Position numbers and translations under genes: made by a program. 64,000 bases of DNA from Chrysemys picta bellii (taxonomy: Eukaryota): the NCBI RefSeq assembly GCF_011386835.1, contig NC_088794.1, forward strand, positions 11,532,001 to 11,596,000. The letters are read 5' to 3'. The notes below the pieces were generated by a model that was not told the origin of the DNA, ran no database searches, and saw only the letters and a list, made by a program, of their open reading frames with translations. Positions 13,901 to 27,500 of the stretch are shown in pieces; positions within the stretch are counted from its first letter, which is position 1, and every line of letters begins with the position of its first letter.

Positions 13901-16222
13901 GGGGGAGGTCTGGGCCTCACTAATGATCAAGGGGCCGGGATTTGGCTGGGTAGCTGCCGGTGAGCATTCTGACATTTGTTGTCTCCCAGGTGGCGAGACG
14001 GAGGAGGAGATGCTGCGAGTGGACATGCTGGAGAACCAGGCCATGGATTTCCGTATGAGCCTTGTAATGATCTGCTACAATCCTGACTTTGTGAGTTCAT
14101 CCATGCTGTCCTGGGGGCTGCAACAAGACCTTGTTGATTTCAGGACCAATCCCACTCCAATACGATGCTATTGGCACACACAGCATTTTCCATACTAGAT
14201 TGGGTCCATTTAGCTGGTATTCTGCTTCTGGCCCAATACTGAATCCTTCAGGGGCAGGTGAATAATGGTCTGAGTCACTTGCATAATGCTGTACCGGGGG
14301 AATTCCTTCCTGGCCCTCACAGGTGACCTGCCCTGAAACATGATACTGCTCCCCCTTAGATCCCTATTATGACAATGGCAAACTCCAGGTGCCCTTCCCA
14401 CTACAAGAATTTACTGTACATTGGGTGGGTACAGGGTTGCCTTGGTCTAATCCACAGCTGTCTCTGAAATCTTTCCCTCTTCCTCTCTGCAGGAGAAACT
14501 GAAGCCTGGCTACTTGGAGCAGTTGCCTGGGAAGCTGAAGCTGTTCTCTCAGTTCCTGGGGAAGAGGAAGTGGTTTGCTGGGGAGAAGGTACATGGTGGG
14601 GGTGTGATTGGGGGAGGGGCATGGGAACAGACTCGACTGCCCTGTGTCACTTCTCTCTCTCTTTCTCTCTCTCTCCTCTCTCCAGATCACTTTTGTTGAC
14701 TTTGTCATGTACGACATCCTGGACCAGAACCGCATGTTTGAGCCCAAGTGCCTGGATCAGTTCCAAAACCTGAAGGATTTTCTTGCCCGCTTTGAGGTGA
14801 GGTTTGCCCTGACTCCTGTAATGCACTGCTCTGGTTATTCAGGGACAGCCCAGCTGCAAACATTAACTCCTTTGCAGAGAACTGGGCAACAGGCAAAGAA
14901 TTTCGTTTGCTAACAGATACAGCAGCTGCCAGAGCTATTGCTAACAAGTACTTGTTAGTGCTTCTGGTGGTAATGGAGATGTCAGACTGCCCCCCTCTGG
15001 CACCAGTAGGGCAGACAACTCTGGAGGGAGTGAAGTCCTCTTTGCTCTGTAACCACACAGGTTTTTCCCCTCCCAGTGCCCTGTAGATTTGCTTCAGCCC
15101 TGACTGAGGCCTTCCTCTGAGAGAGTGAGAGAGAGTCGTCTCTCTCCTTGGCCATGTATCTGATGGGCTCTCTGCTGGCCTCTGAGGGACTGGCTCCCTC
15201 CTTCTCTAATGGAGAGGTAGCCACATCTTGGTGTCCCGCTTGCTTGGTGATCTTGGCAGACACTCTTCGGGTGGCACTGGCAAGCTGGGATGGGACACTC
15301 CTATCCTGTGAGCCCTCCTAAGCAATGTCTCGTGGGATTCCCAAAGCACACTCGCTCCTGTTCTACTCTGTCCTTGCTCTGTATCTTGTTGGCCGTGAGC
15401 TGCTGCGGAAATGGCTGAAGTGGCAGGCACTGGTTCCGGGTGGAAATAGGTGCTGGGACAGAAAGGAAGCAAAAGCCGTACTTGCCATGAGTAGTTTTCT
15501 ATATTATCCCAGCCTGACTCCTGCCATAGCTTCAGTGAAGCAAGAGAGGGTCCTTGTATGTGGATCGGGGCAATGGGCCAGTCTCCAGTCTGCCAAGGTA
15601 CAAGGTAGTATCCGGGAGCTGGGTATGGATTCCTAACTTTGGCCTGGGCCAGGGCCAGAGCAGAGAGCAGCAATGGGGCTGCTCTAACCTGTGGCAGGAG
15701 GCAACAGTCCTTAAAGGATCATATCACAATTGGGGATGTGCTCTGGCCACTCCTGCCCTAGGGACTGTAGGGAGGAGGTACAGGAGCCAACTGTGCACTC
15801 AGGGGATCACCACTATTCAGTGCTGGGGGAAACTCTAGCTAGATGAGGGTGTGGCCACTCCTTGAGCAGCGCAAAGGAAGTAGGGCAGAAAACATCCCAC
15901 CATGCCAGCAGGTATAACTGGTTCCTCAGGGACTTGCTAGATATCACACTGATCAGACTCCTGACCGGGGGATGTGGGGGTCCCCCTTTGGTGTGGCCCA
16001 GAAGAGTCTTCATGTTCATGTTTCACGGGGTTGAGGCTGTGTTGTGAGGTGGTTTGGGAAGCAGACTGTCTCCCTCTGCTCAGGGCTCTTCATCTGCTCT
16101 CTCCTTTCTCCCCCCCCACCCCCAAGGCCCTGGAGAAGGTCGCAGCCTACATGAGCTCTAGTCGATTCATGAAGACTCCCGTCAACAACAGGATGGCCAA
16201 ATGGAGCAACCAGAAGAAGTAG
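7879..16222 (+). CDS. GSTM: Glutathione S-transferase mu, gene A (complete, 220 aa, GSTM3-like C-terminus)
   Basis: Eight exons: 7879-7914, 10410-10485, 13527-13591, 13806-13887, 13990-14090, 14493-14588, 14686-14796, 16127-16222 (663 nt, open). Translation: [25 protein letters not shown]...SCGEAPDYDKSQW...SNAILRY...CYNPDF...PVNNRMAKWSNQKK*. Catalytic Tyr7 present. AATAAA at 16412-16417. Confidence 0.97.
8033..8599. mobile_element. TIR-bounded MITE in GSTM A intron 1
   Basis: ccctaccaaattcatgg ... ccatgaatttggt inverted ends. Confidence 0.75.
11442..12052. mobile_element. Solo LTR in GSTM A intron 2
   Basis: TGTGACA...TGTCACA termini with a perfect 4-bp TSD (gtgt). Confidence 0.85.
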
Positions 16223-17041
16223 ATCTGTGTGGAAGGGAGGGGCTGGAGAGGAATAATCCAGAGCCCCCACTTGCTGTTTGTGTACGGACTCCCTCAGATC
16301 GGATGTTGTGAGGGGGTGGACAGTGGAAGATGTTAAGTGGCGGCTTCAGTGAATTGCTCTGTGGAACAATCACTAACCGTGTGTAGTGACCCTACTCGGA
16401 AATGACCAGCCAATAAACGTTTAGTAATTGCACAATGGCTCCCTCGTGCTGAGTTGCCGTAGCCTCCCTGGAGGAAACCAGCCTCTCCAGTGCTGCCTCT
16501 TCCCCACGTCTGTTCAGTTAACCGAGCTGGGAATAGCCAAGTACCCAGCACCACATCACATCTCCTACGGGGCATCAAGACCAAATCCTGCTTTGGCTTT
16601 GATGCCTCTGCAGTTGTCAGTGGAGTGGCGCAGGTGGAACTTCCCCCAACCCCTGGCCTGAGACTCAGGTGGTGCTGGTCAGTGTTGCTTAGTGGATTTA
16701 GAGGGCTGCTGTTACTGTAGATTCCCTTCAAGGGAAGAGGCTCTGGCCTGTTTCCCATTCCATCCTCGGTGGTGCTTAAAAGCCCTGTCTCCTGGCAACC
16801 AATTACAGGTACTTTCCTTGGGTGACCTACCCTGGCCTGTGGGGGAGTGATGCTCCAGGCTGGGTTGCCATGGCCCTGGCAACTCAAGGACCAGTAATCA
16901 GGGCTGGCTTTAGCAAGAGGGGGGCCCGATTGCTGGGGGTGGGGCTTGCAGCAAGCCCCACCCCAGGAATCGAGTCTCACTCCGGCTGTGTTCGCTGGGC
17001 TGGGGTCGGGCCCAGAGCCCCTTGGCCGCTGGAGCCGAAGC
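15529..17041 (+). repeat. Direct repeat copy 1 (GSTM A intron 7 end, exon 8 and 3' flank)
   Basis: Starts gcttcagtgaagcaagag and aligns to 32993-34521 at about 96-97% by eye, with two indels of ~70 bp. Confidence 0.93.
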
Positions 17042-17077
17042 CGAGCCGAAGCCAGGGGGCAAACCCACGGTGCTGCA

Positions 17078-20000
17078 GGGCAGAGGTTTGCATGGCGGAC
17101 GCTGCAGCGCCGGGCACATGCACTCCTGAGAAGCGACCAAAAGCACAGCCCAGCCCGGTTGCGGGGTGTTGGCGCTGCGGGAGGGAAGGTGCCCGGGTAA
17201 AGCGGTTTCGCGTGCAAGGTGCTATTCCCAGGGGCCGGGCCCTGGATTCGTTCTAGCCTGGGTTTTGTTTTCAACCGGGCAGTGCCTCTTTAAATGAAGC
17301 ACCGCCCAGCGGACTCTGGGGTGGAGCCTGTGCAGAGAGAGGGACCCGCTGGAAAATGGCTGGAACCGCTCATGGGAGATATTGGCCTAAGCAAAGGGAC
17401 CGCAAAGAGATATAATCCAAAGCAAAGCTCATGCTCATCCTCCCAGAAAACAACAGGTCCGTGTGCTGCAAACACGAGATGCAAGATGAAGAAAAGAGTT
17501 CCTGAAATTGAGAGGGGCACTGCCCGCGGGCATCAGCCACGGTTGCACTGAGCATCGACCGCAAGGGCAAAGAGGGGATTGGGCCGAGCTGGCATCCTTC
17601 CAACACAGTACTCCAGGAACAGTACTCTGGGTGGGCAATAGATACCTTCCCCCTCCCCGTGCAAGGGTTTCCAAAAGGCCCAGGCCCTACTTACGTCCTC
17701 CAGGGTTTTCTCCTCCTCACACCAGCATCACTTTGTACTTGCTCTGATATGGGGCATCTCCCCTCTATACCTCCACTTGCCCTCTGGCCCCCTGCCATCC
17801 CACCCCTTAGCCACATTACAGCAGGTTTTTTTCTGTGCTGTCAGCCTGCTGCTCCCCATCGGCCCCTCACCCTCTGGGGTCACCAGTTCTCCATGCTGGT
17901 GTCAGGGTAGCTGGCCCTTGTGTTTAGGCACAGGGGAAAGCCGTGTTGTGTGATCGTTGTGGGGAACAAAGGGCAACACTCCTAGTTTGCAAGAGATTGG
18001 AGGAAGAAACACAGGGAGCCCCCGGCTCACATGCTGCTCAGCAAGGGAGATATAGTCACAGACGTTGCCATGACCACTGGCACTCACTGTGTAATGTACT
18101 GGCTCTGTGTACAAAGAAGCAAATGTGTGATGGTGTCCTCTAGTACAGAGGTGGGCAAACTACAGCCCGCGGGACCGTCCTGCCCCAGCCCTCCCCTGCT
18201 GTCCCCCCTCTCCCACAGCCTCAGCTCTCTTGCTCTTCCGCCGGCACCATGCTCTGGGCGGCGCGACGGGGCTGTGAGCTCCTGGGGCAGCGCAGCTGCA
18301 GAGCCAGGTCTGACCCAGTCTCTGAGCTGTGCGTGGCAATGGCGTGGCCCAGCTCAAGCCGGTGGGCATCAGGAATGAGAGGAGGGATTGGATGGGGGGG
18401 GCAGTCAGGGGACAGGGGTTCTGGGGGCAGTCAGGGGACAGGGAGAAGGGGTGGTTGGATGGGGTAGGGGCCCCACGGGGGCAGATAGGAGGTGGGGACC
18501 GGGCCACAACCCCCTCCCCTAACCGGCCCTCCATACAATTTATGAAACCCGATGCGGCCCTCAGGCCAAAAAGTTTGCCCGCCCCTGAGGTAGATAAAGG
18601 CCCTATTACATCTGCCAGCTAAAGGAGATCTGCTTTAGCTTACACAGCAGAGGCCTGTGGCTTTAGAGATTGACAGGCCAGGGATTTACATAAGCCTCAA
18701 AACCTCCACCCCATTGGAACGACTGGGTCCCTCTCTGCTACTCTCCACTACTGCCCTGGGGTTCTTTGCGGTTGCACAAATCCAGACTACGTCTCCCTAA
18801 ACCTGCTCCCAGCCCATACCAGCACTGCATTACTTGCTCTCTCAGCTGTGTGCAACAGTGCTTTGGGACCAAGCTTCCAGACAGCTCCGCTCTGCTGTAG
18901 GCACCTCAATGGAGGGGCCAGACTGAGTTCTCTTGGGGATCTGGCCCTCTGTGTCAGAACAGGGGCTGCAGGGCGCAGCACACTTACAAACCTGATTGGG
19001 TGCATCCAGCTTCCTCTCCCCTCTACTTGGCTGAGCTGTCCTGTCGGAGGGGAGGATGGTGATTTAATTAGTACCTTGATTATGCATTGGATAGGACATC
19101 AGGGCTTTCTCACGCTGGCCCCCAGGAACTAGCCAACTTCTTACATATCTAGTCACAAAAGGGAAATCTTCCGTCCCCTCTGAAACATGATCTTCTTTCT
19201 GCGTGTGTGATCACAAGCTGGTGTGTGGGGGGTGCTCCAGGAGAGAGCAGGTTTAAGGGGAGGGGAGAATTATCTTTCTGTTTATATTTTCATATGCACA
19301 GGGGCTCAAAGGAGTGGTAGGTGCTCAACACCTCTGAAATTCAGAGCCCTTTGTCAAAGAGCCACTTGGCCATCTGAAGAGCACCAATGGAAGCAGGAAC
19401 TGGCCTGCATGCTGGGATAAATGCTGAAAGTCAGAAGAGGTTTAAAAGTAGAACTAAGGGTCTCCTAATCAGAACTCCCTAGAGATCTATTTTTAAAAAA
19501 CAAACAGAAACCAGGAAAGTCAATAAGCTGAGACGACTATACAGTCACCAAAATGTTCTCATTAGCCAGTAATCGCAGCTAGCTCAGTGGGAAGGATTAC
19601 AACAGGGCTTGCGGATTTCAGCTATTACTGATTTGCTGTGTAATGGGACTTTGCAAGCTAGAGGGGTTCCAGGGGTCTCCGTCTCCTTCTCAGATGCTGT
19701 AGTGGGTCAATGCCAAGAGAGTTGTTTGACATTTGCTGAGCTCCACTTGAGCCTACTCCTTTTTGTTGCTCCATTGGGCAGTTCTCCAGAAAATGGGAGT
19801 CTTCATGGAGCGGCTAGAACTCAGGTAGGCAGCGATCTTCTCCAGGGCCTACAGGGAAAGCAAAAGAAGATCCATCAACGTAAAGAGACATCATCAGCTC
19901 CTCACATGCCCCCTACCCATCATCACGGCCAGAAATTCAACGTGGGCCACAGCCAAACAGGTGCTTGGGAATCGCTCCCCATTGCAAACCAGAAAGGCGC

Positions 20001-23000
20001 GCAGCCACCTCTTATCAGACATTCCTATGGCCCAGTTCTTCTGGAGGACCCAGAGTCTGATCCAAAGTTTGCTGAAATCAGTGGGAGCCTTGACACAGAC
20101 TTCAAAAGGCTTTGGATCAGGCCCCAAGGATGTGATTTTTCAAAGCTGCTGACACTCACCGCTCCGCTCGATTTCACTCGGCACTTCAGAAAGCCAGGCC
20201 CTTACGTTGCCGAGCTGCTCTAGGTTTAGGAGCAGATAAAGCACTTTCTAAAAGCAGGAAGTCCTGTAACTTCTCAAACCTCCATCTCTCAAAACAGTTT
20301 GTCCGGTTCCAAACTCAGTCTGCTCTTCAAAATCTCCTCTGCCCAAGAACCAAGCTTGAGAAATTCAGGACTGTAATGATGTGCACTTGCAATATATTAT
20401 TCAGCTACTAGGTGACTATTAGAATTCTTTGAAGGGGTCAACAAACATGTGGACAAGGGGGATCCAGTGGACATAGTGTACTTAGATTTCCAGAAAGCCT
20501 TTGACAAGGTCCCTCACCAAAGGCTCTTATGTAAATTAAGCTGCCATAAGATAAAAGGGAAGGTCCTTTCATGGATTGAGAACTGGTTAAAAGACAGGGA
20601 ACAAAGGGTAGGAATTAATGGTAAATTCTCAGAATGGAGAGGGGTAACTAGTGGTGTTCCCCAAGGGTCAGTCCTCGGACCGATCCTATTCAATTTATTC
20701 ATAAATGATCTGGAGAAAGGGATAAACAGTGAGGTGGCAAAGTTTGCAGATGATACTAAACTGCTAAAGATAGTTAAGTCCAAAGCAGACTGTGAAGAAC
20801 TTCAAAAAGATCTCACAAAACTAAGTGATTGGGCAACAAAATGGCAAATGAAATTTCATGTGGATAAATGTAAAGTAATGCACATTGGAAAAAATAACCC
20901 CAACTATACATACAATATGATGGGGGCTAATTTAGCTACAACAAGTCAGGGAAAAGATCTTGGAGTCATTGTGGAATGATGTTAGGAATCATTAAAAAGG
21001 GGATAGAGAATAAGACTGAGAATATATTATTGCCCTTATATAAATCGATGGTACGCCCTCATCTCGAATACTGCGTACAGATGTGGTCTCCTCATCTCAA
21101 AAAAGATATACTGGCACTAGAAAAGATTCAAAAAAGGGCAACTAAAATGATTAGGGGTTTGGAACGGGTCCCATATGAGGAGAGATTAAAGAGGCTAGGA
21201 CTCTTCAGCTTGGAAAAGAGGAGACTAAGGGGGGATATGATAGAGGTATATAAAATCATGAGTAATGTGGAGAAAGTGGAGAGGGAAAAGTTATTTACTT
21301 ATTCCCATAATACAAGAACTAGGGGTCATCAAATGAAATTAATAGGCAGCAGGTTTGAAACAAATAAAAGGAAGTTCTTCACGCAGCGCACAGTCAACTT
21401 GCGGAACTCCTTACCTGAGGAGGTTGTGAAGGCTAGGACTATAACAGAGTTTAAAAGAGAACTGGATTAATTCATGGTGGTTAAGTCCATTAATGACTAT
21501 GAGCCAGGACGGGTAAGGAATGGTGTTCCTAGCCTGTCTGTCTGTCAGAGGGTGGAGATGGCTGGCAGGAGAGAGATCACTTGATCATTGCCTGTTAGGT
21601 TCACTCCCTCTGGGGCACCTGGCATTGGCCACTGTCGGTAGACAGGATACTGGGCTAGATGGACCTTTGGTCTGACCCGGTACGGCCTTTCTTATGTTCT
21701 TATGACTATGTGCTGTTCACCAGTTCCCTGTCTGGAGCTCTTCACAAGGGAGACAGTGCTGGAACTTGAGCTGTGTGGAAACTTGTTTGTGTGTGATTGT
21801 CTTCTATAATGAACACCTCCTGTTTAAGGTGAACTCCGATTCCATATATTGTGAAAAGGACCAAGAGATGGGTTATTGTTTTGACAAGATAAAGGGTGCA
21901 GAAGGCTTAGAATGGAAACCATCTATCAACCTTAATTGGGAAAAGTAACTTGACCAAGGGTCACATACTGCAGACCCTGCAGAACTGGAGATCCAGAGAG
22001 CAGCATGTCACAGGGGAGTCAGGGCCAAGCTCACCTCAAATCGGTCAAGAAAATCCTTCAGATTCTTTAGTTGATCCAGGCACTTGGGCGCGAACATGCG
22101 GTGCTGATCCAGGATGTCGTACGCGAGGAAGTCGACATAGGTGAGCTTGGAAATTAGAATGAAAATAAGCAGAGCGTCAGATCAGAACCATCCCGATCTG
22201 CACTTCCCATCTCTGGCCTCTCTTTAACATGGAGCAGCTATGTCCTCAGTCCCTGTCTAGCGACATACCTTCTCCCCAGCAAACCACTTCCGGACCCCCA
22301 GGAACTGGGAGAACAGCTTCAGCTTCCCGGGCAGCTGCTCCAAGTACTCCGGCTTCAGTTTCTCCTGCAGAAGGGAAAATAGAAGCAAGGGAGCTGTGGG
22401 TCAAATCCTCGCAATCCCCACCACCCCGGAGCAACTCAGCGTTCCGGCTTTCTAAGGTGGCCCAAGGCAGTGATGGGGGTAATTCAGTCCCAACTTTTGG
22501 GGCATAAACTGATCATCTGAAGGGATCTCCCATCCCAGACACTCTCCTCCCTCCCATGCCAACATCAGGTAACTAGTCTGGTGCATGATAGAAATTATTC
22601 ACCTTCCTTTGAAGGAAGAGGCTGTGGCTAAAGAGGAGCCGTAATAGACTTCACAGACTGGTCTGCTCTGACACATAATCCCTGACCAATTCCACCTCTC
22701 TCTGTCTGTGAGGCAGCGTGGGATGGGGGAACAGGCAGTGTTGAATCTAGGGAGGGCTCAAATTCTATCTTACCTCTGCTACTGGTTTACTGTGAGACCT
22801 CAGGCAAGTCACATCACTTCTCTCTCCCCCACCTCTGTAAAATGGGGATAACTACTCTTCTGCCCAGGTAATTAATGGAGGCTTGTAAGGTCTGGATTAT
22901 ATCTACACCTGTTAACCTCATGTGACCCTCCTGAGTCATCTCTTCCACTCCAGCTATGACCCACAACCCCAGGGGAGCAGGGATGCACTCACGAAGTCAG

Positions 23001-24515
23001 GGTTGTAGCAGATCCTTGCAAAGGCAAGGCGGAAATCCATCACCTGGTTCTCCAGCATGTCCACTCTCTGTATCTCCTCCTCACTCTCGCCAGCTGGGAG
23101 CCAGAAAACACACAGGGGCAGAAAGGCTCAGCAACCATGGTTTAAATCTCAACTAGCCTCTAAGGGCTTGTCTTCACTGGGGGGAACTGACCAGCCCAGC
23201 TATTCTGGAATGACCTAGGTCTTCTAGACTAATGGCCCAGCACTTTTACTCTGGACTGGGGACCTATTCCAGAGGAGCTGTTCCAGTCAAGTTCCCCGTG
23301 CAGACAAGCCTTCGACTTGCAGCAATACTCACCCATCTTGTGTTTGCGCGCTACGTAGCGGAGGATAGCATTGCTCTGGGTGAGCTTGGTCTGGCCGTCA
23401 ATGAGATAGGGGAGCTGGGAGGGCAAAGAGAGGATGTCAGGGGATAAGTTCTCCCCACCCATTTATCCTACTCCTGGAGGGCACCGCAGCCACCAAGCTA
23501 CTTGTGCCTCCTAGTCGGCGGGAGGTCAAAGAGCAGAGCTCAGTGTCTCATGAGCAGGCCCTGCACTTTTTGACTCTGCTTGGGGGAGCAGGTGGACAGC
23601 AGGGCCCCAGATTCACTGTTCAGTGCCTAGCATTTAACCTTATAGCCATGCACAACCACCGATCACACTCAGGCTAGGCACGGCCACGTGCTCGCTGCTG
23701 CAACGACAGCAAGGCCTGAGTCTCCTGCACCAGCCAAGGGGGCACTGGAGAGCTGGGAGCCCTTCCCCAGCCAACGGCCTGGCTCCACCTCAGAGCCAGC
23801 CGTGAAAGCTGCTAGTCTCCAACCACTTCCCTCTCTGACCCTGTCCTCCCCAGCGACACATGGGGAACGGCAAAGGAGGCTGCTACGTACGTTCGGGAAA
23901 TCCAGCCCCAGCTTATCTTTCTCGTTAGTCCATTGGCTTGTATCATAATCAGGACCTGGAGATAAAGAACAGGATGGTAAGTCCTATGGCATGAACACCT
24001 GCCCCCCCACTGCATTTCCCTCACCACCAACCCTCCAATCCCATCCCACTGCATCTCCTAATCTACATCACCTCCCCACCACTGCATCTCCCACCCCACT
24101 CCCTACACCCACTCACTGCATCCCAACCATCACTGCTACCCCACAAACACCCACCGCACTGCATCTCTCCCCTGCCACCCTCACCGCACCCACCCACTGC
24201 ATCTCCCTCCCCACACCCACACACTGCATCTCCCACCCCACTCCCCACACCCACTCACTGCATCCCAACCATCACTGCTACCCCACAAACACCCACCGCA
24301 CTGCATCTCTCCCCTGCCACCCTCACCGCACCCACCCACTGCATCTCCCTCCCCACACCCACACACTGCATCTCCCACCCCACTCCCCACACCCACTCAC
24401 TGCATCCCAACCCCTCCACTGCATCTCCAACCACCACTGCTACCCCACAAACACCCACCGCACTGCATATCTCCCCTGCCACCCTCACCACACCCACTCA
24501 CTGCATCCCAACCAT
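17078..24515 (-). repeat. Right arm of large inverted segmental duplication (GSTM C unit; probably continues toward ~32990)
   Basis: gggcagaggtttgcatggcggacgctgcagcg at 17078 is the reverse complement of 7557-7589. Alignment to the left arm ends only because the window ends. Confidence 0.93.
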
Positions 24516-27500
24516 CACTGGTACCCCACAAACACCCACCGCACTGCATCTCTCCCCTGCCACCCTCACCGCACCCACCGCATCTCCCTCCCCACACCTA
24601 CACACTGCATCTCCAACCCCACTCCCCACACCCACACACTGCATCCCAACCCCTCCACTGCATCTCTAACCAGCAATGCCACCGCACAAACACCCACTCC
24701 TCTGCATCTCTCCCCTGCCACCCACACACTCACTGTGTCCCTTTCCCTCCCATCCTCTTCACCCCCCACCCTACATCAACAGTGACTGGTGGTAGAACTG
24801 GAGATTGAGTCCCCTGCTCTCTCCCTCTCCCCACACCCCAGGAGCTGAGGGGAGAGGGCCCTGGCTCACCTCCAACCAACACTGCTCCAAGTCCAGGGCT
24901 GGAAGAAGACTTAGGTCCCCAGGCTGGCCCCTTTGCACCACTCTAGCAGCAGGAAAGGGCCAGAACCCAGACAGAGCTTCCCACCACCCTTGGACAGCCC
25001 TATCCCTGGGGCAGCAGGTTTGTATAATTTTTGGTGGAGTCTAGAATGGGTCCAAGTGCCCGCCACCACCTGCCTAAGGCTCTGGCAGGGAGTTTGGGTG
25101 CGGGCTCTGGGCTGGGGTAGGGGGTTGGGGTGCAGGAGGGGGTGTGGGCTCTGGGAGGGAGTTTGGGTGCAGAGGGGGATTTGGGCTCTGGGAGAGTTTG
25201 GGTGCAGGCTCAGGGCTGGGGCAGGGGTGCGGGAGAGGGTGAGGGGTCTGGTGCTTACCTCAGGCAGCTCCCGAAAGTGACCCGCACACCCCTCTGGCAG
25301 CGGCTCCTAGGAGGGGAGGCCAGGGGTCTCTGTGCATCGCTGCCCACAAGCACCGCCCCCACAGTTCCCGGCCAATGGAAGCTGCAGAGTCGGTGCTCGG
25401 GGCAGGGGCAGCACGTGGAGACCACCACCCCGGGGCCGTGGGGCCATGCCAGCTGCTTCCAGGAGTGGCAAGGACCGAGGCCAGGCAGGAAGGTGCCTTA
25501 GCCCCTCTACACTGCCAGTGGTGGTGGCGGCAGCGGCCGGGGCCCTCCAGGCTCTTTTAAATCACCTGGGGGCAGCAGGCAGGGCCGGAGGAGAGACCCA
25601 GCCCCGAACACTGGTGGAGCATGGACACCACGGACCCTGAATATTCCTGGAGCACGGGCACCATAGACCCATACAACTCGGCACCCGTGCCCTATACCAC
25701 ACTTCTGCTCAGCTCCTGGCATGGGGCATGCCTGTTCTGACATAGCAGAGCAGCCACTCAAGGCCGTGGTAGCTTACAGCACCCCCCTGGGCTGCTCTAA
25801 CACTGGGCCAGGCCACGTTGAAAGCCACCTGTGTTCCCCCTCCCATTCCTGAGCTGTGCCATTCCGGACATGCAGCTTGGCATCTGGGCCTAGAAAAAAC
25901 AGGGAAAAGCCTCAGCACATCCAAGCATGAAGGAGCAGCGCTGCAGCAATCGATACTTAACGGCCACAATTTTCACCACTGGCCTCTGATGTTAGATGCC
26001 AAACCTGGCCACGGGCGCCTGATTTTCAGAAGCACCGAGCACCGCCTGCTCCCATCGAAATCCCTTGGAGTTGCAGCTGCTCGGTGCCCCTGAGGAAAGC
26101 CAAGCTGCTCATTTACGTGGCTAACATCAAGCCCCCACATCTGATCCTTTCGGCCAACACTCCCACCCACGCTGGCCTCTCGTTCCCAGACGGTGCCGTT
26201 TACCGACCTTGCAGAAACATCATGAAACGGCTCAGTGCCAAGGCTAGACACCATGAGCACAATATGGTGTTTATTACTGGAGTGCCTGAGGCCGGCTGAG
26301 AACAAGGTGCTGGGTGCCAGACAAACACAGAATCAAAGACCGTTCCTGCCGGGAAGCCCGTCTCTAATGAGATGGTCCAGTAGTTAAGAGCATGAACCTG
26401 GGGATTTGGGAGACTGAAGTTCAAATCTCTGCTCTGCCATACACTTCCTGGGTTCCCGTGGGGAAATCACGAAGCCGCTCAGAGCCTGAGTTCCCCAGCT
26501 GTAAAACCGGGATCCGAGACTAACCGCACTTTCCTACCACAACTGGGGGATTGTGAGGCTAAATACAGTAAAAACTGTGAGGTGCTCAGATGCTACCACC
26601 TATCCTAGGGGCCTATATGGCTATGCTTTGTGTCTGGATTTAACCGCTTCCCTGCTGGCCCGGGTCCCCTTTACAATCAGGCAGGGCGCACGCAAACCGC
26701 AATGATATGAAATCCTCCCACTTCCGTTTGACACAGGGTGATAAGCAAAGCGTCAGTGGCCATGTGCAATCTGGCTTCGTTTATCAGTGCTCAAAGGTCT
26801 GTTTACCTGCAGGTGCCATGCTGGCTATGAAATAAACGTGCGGCAAATCCATCCCCACTAGTGCAGCCTGAACTGGGATATAAGCCCGGGGTCCTCCAAC
26901 CCCGGGGACACAGGGTCTGTTTGCAGTGCAATCTAGGGGTGTAATTGCAGCACATGTAGACACACCCGAGCCAGCTTTGATCTGGATAGTGCAGGTACCG
27001 ATAGCAGTGAAGCTGTGTCAGCACGGGCCAGCTGCCCAAGTACATACCCGGGGTCCCAGGTGAACTTGTAGAGCCGGCACTGCTATTGGCATGCAAGCTA
27101 GCTAGAGGCACATGCTGCAGTTACACCTCCAACTGCAATGTAGACAGACCCTGAGAGGATTTACTGGGAGGGCAGGGAGAGTATAAACCCAGCAGAATCA
27201 GGGGGGAGGGGCAGGGCACGAGTTCCTGAGAATACTCATAGGCCCCCAGGGGCCACTGACTCTGATACAAACCTAAGGTCTTATCCTCAGCTTCTGTAAA
27301 TCCAGGCAGATCCATTTACACCAGCTGAGAATCTCCCTCTCCCCAGCCATGAAAGGCAGGAATTGTAATTCTTACGGTCTTTAATCAAGACAAATGATGC
27401 TATTGCTTGGGACAAGCACCTCCTGGTATAGGTTCCAGCCAGGGTCCCGAGTCCCAGCCAGAGGATCGGCTCTGGGATTGTCCGCAGTATAAGGACAATC

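Noticed and set aside
16333-17274. 313 aa minus-strand ORF
   Set aside because: It crosses the rearrangement junction, stitching unrelated GC-rich segments, and has no recognisable protein features.
1-24515. Inverted arms as an assembly or haplotype artefact
   Set aside because: The arms differ by several percent plus private indels (~175 bp at 7026-7203, ~52 bp in the CR1, 20 bp beside the MITE, one VNTR unit). That is more consistent with real paralogues, although long reads would be the final test.
23991-24785. 264 aa His/Pro/Thr-rich ORF
   Set aside because: Translation of the minisatellite.
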